NCBI GenBank assembly: GCA_963663385.2
Contig: CAXXXD010000003.1
Coordinates: 928,001 to 992,000, forward strand
Direction: 5' to 3'
Length of the DNA stretch: 64,000 nucleotides
Source: Oceanispirochaeta sp.
Lineage (GTDB): Bacteria > Spirochaetota > Spirochaetia > DSM-2461
The notes below the pieces were generated by a model. The model was given only the letters and a program-made list of their open reading frames with translations. It was not told the origin of the DNA and made no database searches. The stretch's first letter is position 1. Each line of letters begins with the position of its first letter. The position numbers were made by a program, and so were the translations under genes. Positions 1 to 7,671 of the stretch are shown here, piece after piece.

Positions 1-870
1 AAAATCAAAGATATGGTTTTTGTAACGGCTACGGACGGGAATCATGGGAGAGGCGTTGCCTGGACAGCTTCCCGGCTGGGATGCCGGTCAGTTGTCTACA
101 TGCCAAAGGGAGCGGCGGAAACGCGGGTTGAAGCCATAAGAAAGGCCGGAGCGGAGATCCATGTAACAGATCTTAACTATGATGACGCCGTGCGGCTGGC
201 TTCCCGGACTGGCGATGAAAACGGCTGGATCCTTGTACAGGATACGGGATTTGAGGGGTATGAGAAGATTCCGAACTGGATCTCTCAGGGGTATATGACC
301 ATGGCCGATGAGGCTCAGCAGCAACTGGAAGCCATGGGAGTTGAAAAACCGACTCACCTTTTTCTGCAGGCCGGTGTCGGCGCTATGGCGGGGGGGGTTC
401 TGGGTTACTATGTCAATAAATTCAAGGATGATTATCCTGTTACGGCCATTGTGGAGCCGAATAATGCCGCCTGTATCTATAAATCAGCCATAACCAATGA
501 CGGGAAACCCCATGCGGTTAAGGGGGATCATAATACCATTATGGCCGGTTTGGCCTGCGGCGAGCCCAATCCGGTTACATGGGAGATCCTGAGGGATTTC
601 GCCTCTGTCTACTTTGCCTGCCCGGATTTTATTTCGGCGGTGGGTATGCGTCTTCTGGCCTGTCCCAGGGGGGAAGACAGGAAAATCGTATCGGGTGAGT
701 CCGGATCAGTCGGGATAGGACTGCTGGACTTTCTGGTCAGAAGAAAAGAGCTGGCAGAAGTAAAAGAGTATCTTGGTTTGGATGAGGAATCAGTTATTCT
801 CCTGTTTAATACAGAAGGGGATACGGATCCGGAAAACTACAAGGATATTATCTATTACGGGGCAGAATAA
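1..870 (+). CDS. dpaL: Diaminopropionate ammonia-lyase (PLP-dependent), 5' end cut by the window edge
   Basis: Motifs TATDGNHGRG, VQDT, QAGVG, TIMAGLACGEP, SGESG and NTEGDTDP are typical of DpaL/YgeX. The frame is open from position 1, and the PLP-lysine region lies upstream of the window. Confidence 0.9.
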   Translation, partial: KIKDMVFVTATDGNHGRGVAWTASRLGCRSVVYMPKGAAETRVEAIRKAGAEIHVTDLNYDDAVRLASRTGDENGWILVQDTGFEGYEKIPNWISQGYMTMADEAQQQLEAMGVEKPTHLFLQAGVGAMAGGVLGYYVNKFKDDYPVTAIVEPNNAACIYKSAITNDGKPHAVKGDHNTIMAGLACGEPNPVTWEILRDFASVYFACPDFISAVGMRLLACPRGEDRKIVSGESGSVGIGLLDFLVRRKELAEVKEYLGLDEESVILLFNTEGDTDPENYKDIIYYGAE

Positions 871-1000
871 TCTGTTGGACTGCCAATGAAAAGGTATAGT
901 TGATATGGTTGAATATAAATCATTAGTATCTGTATTTGATCATTTTACTATAAAAGAAAAGTAAAACAGCGGGAGTCCCGCAGTACATTTGGAGGATTAT

Positions 1001-1375
1001 ATGAAGAAAACTGTCAGTACAGAGAAGGCGCCGGCAGCAATCGGTCCCTATTCACAGGCTAATATTGTAAACAACTGCGTTTACTCATCCGGGCAGCTGC
1101 CTATCAATGTTGAAACAGGTAAAATGCCCGAGACCATTGCCGAGCAGACCAGGCAGTCTCTGGAGAATGCTAAAGCTATTGTGGAAACCGCCGGTTCTTC
1201 CATGGAAAAAGTGTTCAAAACCACTGTTTTCCTGAGTGATATGAATAATTTTGCTGCCATGAATGATGTTTACAAGGAATTTTTCAGCAGCGACTTTCCA
1301 TCCCGGAGCGCTGTTGAAGTAGCCAGACTTCCCCTGGATGCCCTGGTTGAGATAGAAGTAATAGCCGAAATCTGA
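1001..1375 (+). CDS. ridA: RidA family enamine/imine deaminase
   Basis: APAAIGPYSQ, SGQLP, FPSRSAVEVARLP and VEIE motifs. SD GGAGG lies just before ATG 1001. Confidence 0.92.
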   Translation: MKKTVSTEKAPAAIGPYSQANIVNNCVYSSGQLPINVETGKMPETIAEQTRQSLENAKAIVETAGSSMEKVFKTTVFLSDMNNFAAMNDVYKEFFSSDFPSRSAVEVARLPLDALVEIEVIAEI

Positions 1376-1395
1376 GCAACTGAAAAATCACTCCT

Positions 1396-1435
1396 GACCT
1401 CCCGGAATCAGTCTGAACCGGGAGGTCTTTTTTTT
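1396..1435 (+). terminator. Rho-independent terminator after ridA
   Basis: GACCTCCCGG...CCGGGAGGTC 10-bp stem followed by 8 T. Confidence 0.85.
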
Positions 1436-1465
1436 ATCAGGGTAAAAAAGAATTACAGAAAAAAT

Positions 1466-1508
1466 TTGACAAATCAACGAAATAGCCGCATAGTTGACAG
1501 AGTTGATT
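1466..1508 (+). promoter_or_regulatory. Putative sigma70 promoter and possible operator for the TRAP operon
   Basis: TTGACA (1466-1471), 17 nt, then CATAGT. A second TTGACA lies at 1494. Inverted repeat AATCAAC (1472-1478) / GTTGATT (1502-1508). Confidence 0.45.
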
Positions 1509-1532
1509 ATAAATCGTCTAAAAGGAGGATTG

Positions 1533-2063
1533 ATGAACATTATAAAAAAGATTGATGAATATGTCACAATTTTTACTGAATGGCTCTTAGGAGTCAGCAT
1601 TATATTGATGGCTATTATTCTGATTGCAAATGTTATTGCAAGAAAGCTTTTTGCCAACAGTATCCCCGCTGCCGATGAAGTCGGTGTAACACTTATTATT
1701 CTTGCAACCTTCAGCGGGATTGGTTATGCCGCCAAAAAAGGCCGCCATATCAGAATGTCAGCCCTGTTTGATGCGGTACCAAAGAAGATCCAGAAAGTAA
1801 TGATCATTCTGATTTCGGCCGTAACCTGTGTTACCTATGTGTATGTCTGCTACATTGCCTTTCAGTACATAGATTATACAAAAATGCTGGGACGGGTTAC
1901 ATCTGCATTGGAAATGCCGGCCTGGATAAGGGTAGTGGTTGTTCCCATTGGTTTCGGTTTGGGCGCTATACAGTATTTTCTGAATATCATCATCAATATT
2001 AAAGAACCGGAAATCTTTATCGGAACTGAAAAAACAGCTGGAGGTGATGACAGTGGTTTTTAG
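1533..2063 (+). CDS. TRAP transporter small permease (DctQ/TeaB-like)
   Basis: Four hydrophobic segments and a GRHIRMSA motif. SD AGGAGG precedes ATG 1533. Confidence 0.88.
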   Translation: MNIIKKIDEYVTIFTEWLLGVSIILMAIILIANVIARKLFANSIPAADEVGVTLIILATFSGIGYAAKKGRHIRMSALFDAVPKKIQKVMIILISAVTCVTYVYVCYIAFQYIDYTKMLGRVTSALEMPAWIRVVVVPIGFGLGAIQYFLNIIINIKEPEIFIGTEKTAGGDDSGF

Positions 2064-3330
2064 TCTTTTAGCAATAATGGTGGTTCTGCTGCTCATGGGA
2101 TTTCCCATGATGATGACAATGCTCTTTGCCACACTCTATTATCTGATTGCCTTTATGCCTGATGTAGAGGTTTTTACAGTTGTACAGCAGATGGTTCTGG
2201 GGGTACAGAGTCCGGTATTGATGGCAATCCCCATGTTTATGCTGGCGGCGGACATTATGTGTACAGGCCATACGTCAAAACGCCTTCTGGATTTTGTCGA
2301 GAGTTTTGTCGGTCATCTCCCGGGAGGAATGGCAACAACAACATCTTTGACATGTGCCCTTTTCGGTTCCATATCCGGATCAACACAGGCAACTGTAGTG
2401 GCTGTAGGACGTCCGGTCAGAAAAAAACTGCTGGAGCGAGGTTACAGTGAAAGCGAAATAATGGCATTGATTATTAATTCAAGCAACCTGGCCTATCTGA
2501 TTCCCCCCAGTCTGGGAATGGTTGTATACGGGGTTGCTTCAGGGGCCTCTATCGGTAAGCTGTTTATTGCCGGGATCGGACCCGCTGTTGTTATCCTGAT
2601 TCTGTTCGGGATCTATTGTGCTATCTATGCCAAGGTTAAGAAAATACCAAAACTGGATAAAGCCAGTTATGCGGAACGCTGGAGAGCCACAAAGAACTCC
2701 TTTATGGCGTTCGGATTTCCTCTGATTATCATGGGCGGTATCTATACCGGTATTTTCAGCCCGACTGAAGCTGCTGCTGTATCCGTGCTCTATGCTCTTA
2801 TTGTGGAAGTCTTTATCTATAAAAGTATCAAGCTGAGGGATGTGTATAAAATTGCGTTATCAACCGGAATTATAACAACCGTAGTTTTTATCCTGGTTGC
2901 TGTGGGCGGCGCTTTCTCATGGGTTATTTCCTATGCAAGGGTTCCCCAGCTGATGACGGAAGGAATCCTTGGAAGCACACCGTCCATTTTTATGATTCTT
3001 CTGGTTGTGAATATTTTCTTTTTTATCGGTTGCATGTTTATCGAAGCGGTAGTTGTTATTTTGATTCTCACCCCGATTTTTGTTCCTATTGCAGCGGCAG
3101 CCGGCATCGATCTGGTTCATCTGGGAATCATTATTACCCTTCAGGTAGCTATCGGATCGGGAACACCGCCATTCGGGACAAGTATTTTTACTTGCAGCGC
3201 CATTTTTGATAAATCTTTTCTAACGGTTATCAGGAATGAAGGGCCCTATATTGCCATTCTGCTGTTTGCCTGTTTTCTTATATCAGCCTTTCCGCAAATA
3301 TCTCTGTTTCTGGGCAGTCTGGTTCAGTAA
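2044..3330 (+). CDS. TRAP transporter large permease (DctM/TeaC-like)
   Basis: Highly hydrophobic 428 aa with AIPMF, FGSISGS, LIPPS, FSPTEAAA and TPPFG motifs. Confidence 0.93.
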   Translation: MMTVVFSLLAIMVVLLLMGFPMMMTMLFATLYYLIAFMPDVEVFTVVQQMVLGVQSPVLMAIPMFMLAADIMCTGHTSKRLLDFVESFVGHLPGGMATTTSLTCALFGSISGSTQATVVAVGRPVRKKLLERGYSESEIMALIINSSNLAYLIPPSLGMVVYGVASGASIGKLFIAGIGPAVVILILFGIYCAIYAKVKKIPKLDKASYAERWRATKNSFMAFGFPLIIMGGIYTGIFSPTEAAAVSVLYALIVEVFIYKSIKLRDVYKIALSTGIITTVVFILVAVGGAFSWVISYARVPQLMTEGILGSTPSIFMILLVVNIFFFIGCMFIEAVVVILILTPIFVPIAAAAGIDLVHLGIIITLQVAIGSGTPPFGTSIFTCSAIFDKSFLTVIRNEGPYIAILLFACFLISAFPQISLFLGSLVQ

Positions 3331-3419
3331 TTATGTTTCTAACAGGCCGCAGATCATAAGTCTGTTAATCAAAGATAGATGTTCTGCTGCTTAACAAGAT
3401 AGAAGAAAAGGAGTCTATT

Positions 3420-4454
3420 ATGACAAGAGTAAAATTATTATTAGGTCTGGTTCTCGCAGCTTCTCTGCTGGCATCCTGCGGAGGGAAATCAGAACAGTCT
3501 TCCTCAAAGAGTTCAGATAAAGTTTACACATTTAAAGTTACCCATGAAGAGTATGCAGACACTGTTCCCGACCTTTATGCCAAAGAGTTGGCCCGTCGTG
3601 TAGAAGAGAAGAGCAACGGCCGGATTAAATTCGAGATTTTTCAGGTTGGTCAGCTGGGTGTTGGTGTCGATCTGATTGAACACCTTTTAACCGGCGCTAC
3701 CCAGATGGCTATTGTCAGCCCTGGTAATGTGGCAACCATCGTACCGGAAGGTCAGATCTTTGCACTGCATTATCTGCTGCCGACTGATGTTAAAAAAGCT
3801 TATGACTTCCTGGCTGTCAGTAAGGTCGTTACCCAGGATCTGCCAAAAATTTATGCAGAAAAGAATCTGAAACTGATAGATCTGTGGCCTCTGGGAGCCA
3901 GTGACTGGCTGAGTAAAAGAAAGATTCAGTCTCCTGCTGATTTTGACGGTCTAACCTTCAGAACCATGGATACTCCTCTAATTATTAAAAACTATGAGGC
4001 ATACAATGCCAATCCTACACCTGTACCCTATACAGATGTATACAGCGCTCTGCAATTGAATATGGTTTCCGGTGTAGAAAACCCTCTTGGCGCTCTTGTG
4101 GACATGAAATGGTATGAAGTTCAGGATTACCTGATCAAATCCAATCATATCATGTATCTGGAAGGTGTTTTCATGAATGATAAATCCTTCAACAAACTTC
4201 CCGAAGATCTTCAGCTGATTCTGACTGAAACCATTGCAGAAATGCACAATTATGCCTACGAACTGCAGGATAAAGCCAACAGCGAAGCTGAAAAAATCCT
4301 GGCTGAAAATGTGGAAGTTGTAGAACTCACAGACGACGCTCTGGCTCAGTTCAAAGCAGCTGCACTTCCTGTAAGAGAATACTTCAAGAAAGAATCCAGC
4401 AAGAGAGCAAAAGAGTTTCTTGAAATCCTGGAAGCAGAAGTTGAGAAGTTCTGA
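3420..4454 (+). CDS. TRAP substrate-binding lipoprotein (DctP, TeaA/UehA-like)
   Basis: Lipobox LLASC. HEEY, GQLG, FRTM (conserved carboxylate-binding Arg) and VYSALQ..GVENP motifs. Confidence 0.9.
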   Translation: MTRVKLLLGLVLAASLLASCGGKSEQSSSKSSDKVYTFKVTHEEYADTVPDLYAKELARRVEEKSNGRIKFEIFQVGQLGVGVDLIEHLLTGATQMAIVSPGNVATIVPEGQIFALHYLLPTDVKKAYDFLAVSKVVTQDLPKIYAEKNLKLIDLWPLGASDWLSKRKIQSPADFDGLTFRTMDTPLIIKNYEAYNANPTPVPYTDVYSALQLNMVSGVENPLGALVDMKWYEVQDYLIKSNHIMYLEGVFMNDKSFNKLPEDLQLILTETIAEMHNYAYELQDKANSEAEKILAENVEVVELTDDALAQFKAAALPVREYFKKESSKRAKEFLEILEAEVEKF

Positions 4455-4496
4455 GTTATTCGAGTAAAGATTAAATAGTCAAGGAGATAGTGGTTA

Positions 4497-5705
4497 ATGT
4501 TTGCGTATAATGTTCCGTTTAAAGATTTTGAAGATAGACGGCAGAAATGCCAGGTTGAAGCACAGAAGCGGGGACTAACAGGAGTATTTGTCTGTTCCAG
4601 AGGCGGAGGAACCTTCGATCGATTCGCCGGAGGAGATTTTTTTGCGAACCATTATCAGCAGCGCTGCTATCTTCCTGATAATCTGCCTCTCTGGAGCGGC
4701 AGGTCCCACTCCCTCCTGCTTATTCCGGCAGAAGGAGACGCTGTTCTGCTGGTAACGACACTGGAGTACCGGAAAGATCTGGTAGCCGTAAATGATGTCC
4801 GCTATTCTACGGATTTTCACTCTCTTATCGCGGAAACGGCGAAAGAACTGGGAATGGACAGGGGAGAAGCAGGGATTATCTATGAGGATACACTGCACGG
4901 TACGATCAGCCGGCATATGAAGCAGAATCTTCCCGAACTGGAGCTGATACCCTGTGATGATATTATTTCTGATCTGCAGATAATCAAAACTGAAAGGGAA
5001 AGAGAGTCCATAGAAGAAGCCTGCCGGATCGGCAGCGAGGCTGTCCGGATTATCATGGACGGCGTGGCTCCCGGTAAGACCGAGAGTCAGGTACTGGGGT
5101 CGGCTATGGACTTCATATACTCCAACGGTGCTGCTCTCTACTTTGTTGTAACCAATGGGGGCGCAGACAGTTTTCCGGTTCATAGTATTGATTTCCCCGG
5201 TTATGACTGCCGGCGGAAGATGGAGAAGGGGGATATTTTCAAGGTTGACCTTATTATCCTTTTTGAAGGGTATATCTGTGACTTCGGCCGGACAACCATT
5301 GTCGGTGGAGAGGCTGATTCTGTTCAGAGAAAGATGATTGAAGAAGTGACTTACTCCTGTGATCATGTGATCAGCAAAATAAAACCCGGTGTGAAAATCA
5401 GTGATATTGTAGCGGCAGGAGATGAATATCTGCAAGCCAGGGGTATCTCCCTGGCGGAAGAACAGAACGACCCGGAGCAAATTTATGCCGCCTTCCCGCC
5501 CCACTGGGGGCATGGCATCGGTATGACATGGGAAAGGCCCTGGTTTGTCCGGGAGGAGTCCATGACTGTTCGGGAAAATATGTACCTTGCTGTTGAGAAA
5601 TGCCTGTATAAACCGGGGTTGGGAACTGTCAACTATGAACAGAATCTTCTGGTTACCGCAGAGGGACCCCGAGTACTGACGTCAACGCAAAAAATTTGGA
5701 TTTAG
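4497..5705 (+). CDS. M24 (pita-bread fold) Xaa-Pro peptidase/creatinase-family hydrolase
   Basis: Creatinase-like N-terminal domain, then IKT..E, D..(GYICD)FGRT, GHGIG, LAVE and YEQNLLVT. Confidence 0.85.
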   Translation: MFAYNVPFKDFEDRRQKCQVEAQKRGLTGVFVCSRGGGTFDRFAGGDFFANHYQQRCYLPDNLPLWSGRSHSLLLIPAEGDAVLLVTTLEYRKDLVAVNDVRYSTDFHSLIAETAKELGMDRGEAGIIYEDTLHGTISRHMKQNLPELELIPCDDIISDLQIIKTERERESIEEACRIGSEAVRIIMDGVAPGKTESQVLGSAMDFIYSNGAALYFVVTNGGADSFPVHSIDFPGYDCRRKMEKGDIFKVDLIILFEGYICDFGRTTIVGGEADSVQRKMIEEVTYSCDHVISKIKPGVKISDIVAAGDEYLQARGISLAEEQNDPEQIYAAFPPHWGHGIGMTWERPWFVREESMTVRENMYLAVEKCLYKPGLGTVNYEQNLLVTAEGPRVLTSTQKIWI

Positions 5706-5720
5706 GATTTATCGTATATT

Positions 5721-6878
5721 ATGTTGAATAGAGAAAAACTGATTCGCTTCTGCCAGGATCTAATACAGTTGAAAAGCCTCTCCGGACAGGAGGGGAAGGT
5801 GGCAGAGCGGATAGTCAGAGAGATGAAGGATCTGGGGTATGATCAGATAAGAACCGATCCCTATGGAAATGTTATTGGTAAAATCAACGGGAAGGGAGAA
5901 CGGTCCCTGCTTTTTGAGGGACATATGGATATCGTGGATGTTCCTACTCCCGAGGATTGGAGTGTTGATCCCTTTGGAGGGGTCATTCAGGACGACAGGA
6001 TCTATGGTCGCGGGGCGGCAGATATGAAAACCGCTCTTGCCGCCATGATTCACGGCGCTGCCGAGATAGCTGGACAATCCTTGGAAGCAGATATTTATGT
6101 TGCTGCGATTGTATATGAGGAAATCTTCGAAGGGGTGGGATTCGGCAAGGTTCTGGATGAAATTAAACCGGATGCTATTGTCCTGGGAGAACCTAATGAT
6201 CTGCAGATTGCCATTGCCCAGAAGGGCAGGGCCGAAATTGTTCTTGAAACATTCGGTGTAAATTCGCATTCTGCTCATCCGGAAGCAGGAGTGAATGCTT
6301 TAAATCATATGGTCCTGTTACTGGAGGAGATCAATTCAATACCGGTTATTGAATCTGAAGTTCTGGGAAAGGGAATTCTTGTTCCTACAGATATCGTTTC
6401 TTCTCCCTATCCGGGGGCTTCCATTATACCCGATCGTTGTCGTGTTACAATTGACCGGCGGCTGGTAGAGGACGAAACCCGGGAAAGCGTTTTGAAGCCT
6501 ATCCGGGAAAAAATCGAACTGTTGAAAGGCAGACTGAAGAACTTTAATGCTCAGGTATCTTTTGCAGTGGAAGAGCTTCCTACCTATACGGGTGATAAAC
6601 TGAAATCCGAGCGGTTTTATCCGGGTTGGGTGCTTTCCGATCAGCATGATCTTGTAAATAAAGCCCTTCAGGCCTATTCGGACGAAGGGGAAACGGCAGT
6701 TCTCGGCCGTTATGTTTTCTGTACAGACGGGAGTGAATGCGCTGGAAAGAGAAACATTCCTACAATCGGCATCGGACCGGCCAGGGCGGAAATGGCACAT
6801 GTGGTTGATGAGTGCGTGGAATTGGAAAAAGTCATATCTGCTGCTAAAATATACAGTCGTCTAGCCGGAATATACTGA
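5721..6878 (+). CDS. M20 family metallo-amidohydrolase (YgeY/ArgE-like deacylase or carbamoylase)
   Basis: GHMD, YGRGAADMK, YEE, GEP and AHVVDE motifs. Confidence 0.85.
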   Translation: MLNREKLIRFCQDLIQLKSLSGQEGKVAERIVREMKDLGYDQIRTDPYGNVIGKINGKGERSLLFEGHMDIVDVPTPEDWSVDPFGGVIQDDRIYGRGAADMKTALAAMIHGAAEIAGQSLEADIYVAAIVYEEIFEGVGFGKVLDEIKPDAIVLGEPNDLQIAIAQKGRAEIVLETFGVNSHSAHPEAGVNALNHMVLLLEEINSIPVIESEVLGKGILVPTDIVSSPYPGASIIPDRCRVTIDRRLVEDETRESVLKPIREKIELLKGRLKNFNAQVSFAVEELPTYTGDKLKSERFYPGWVLSDQHDLVNKALQAYSDEGETAVLGRYVFCTDGSECAGKRNIPTIGIGPARAEMAHVVDECVELEKVISAAKIYSRLAGIY

Positions 6879-6920
6879 AAACAGTATAATGATTTACTTT
6901 AGGAGCGTGATAAGAAGAGT

Positions 6921-7478
6921 ATGAATCCTGAAATAATCGGTTTACATATTAAAAAAATCAGATTACAGCAGAAACGGACACAACAGGATGTCGCTGATTA
7001 CTGCGGGTTCACTAAAAGCCATATGTCTAAAATCGAGAAGGGAAAGGTAATGCCTTCTATCGGAGTTCTGGCAAAAATTGCAGATTTTCTGAATACGAAG
7101 GTATCCATCCTTCTGGATGAAGAGAAACATGAGGATCTTATTCTTGATAAAAAACAGGCTGTGGAATCCCAGATGATAAAAACTTCCAAGGGGTACTCGG
7201 TTTTTCCCTTTGCAGCCGGTCATGAAGATAAAAAGATGCAGCCTTTCTATTTTGTAACCCGCAAAGATGAGCATAAGCTTCATAAAACCACTCATGAGGG
7301 AGAAGAATTTATGTATGTTCTGGAAGGGAAGATGATTCTGAAAATAGAATCAAAGGAATTCACACTTTCCGAAGGGGACGGATTTTATTTTGATGCGCGT
7401 CTGGAACATCAGACAATCCCTTTGACTGAAACCCTTAGGGTTTTAGATATCTTTTCTCAAATAGAGAAATTAGAGTAG
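6921..7478 (+). CDS. XRE-family HTH regulator with C-terminal cupin domain (PuuR-like)
   Basis: N-terminal HTH (TQQDVA...SKIEKG) and cupin motif HEGEEFMYVLEG...GDGFYFD..H. Confidence 0.9.
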   Translation: MNPEIIGLHIKKIRLQQKRTQQDVADYCGFTKSHMSKIEKGKVMPSIGVLAKIADFLNTKVSILLDEEKHEDLILDKKQAVESQMIKTSKGYSVFPFAAGHEDKKMQPFYFVTRKDEHKLHKTTHEGEEFMYVLEGKMILKIESKEFTLSEGDGFYFDARLEHQTIPLTETLRVLDIFSQIEKLE

Positions 7479-7671
7479 ATCCTGCCTTTATTTTATCTCC
7501 GCTGCTAATTGGAATACCCATCTTTCTATCGGGATGAACGGAAGATAGGGGATTCTGCCATTACGGATCTGACCAAAACCGGATTTGCGCTTTGAGAAAA
7601 AATCATTTAGCATTTAAGTCGCTTGATTAAGTGAATTGTATTTCTATTTGATTAACAGACTTGGAGATTGG

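Noticed and set aside
4575..5513. 312-aa minus-strand ORF
   Set aside because: Lies wholly antisense to the M24 gene and has no protein-family features.
1533..5705. Calling the cluster canonical teaABC/doeA ectoine degradation
   Set aside because: The M24 protein keeps metal ligands unlike EutD, the binding-pocket aromatics differ, and there is no DABA aminotransferase in the window.
5721..6878. Selenoprotein or UGA read-through suggested by the YgeY-like family
   Set aside because: The ORFs here are full length, with no internal TGA needing recoding.
7517..7551. Imperfect hairpin after the XRE regulator
   Set aside because: Mismatched stem and no U-tract, so it cannot be called a terminator.
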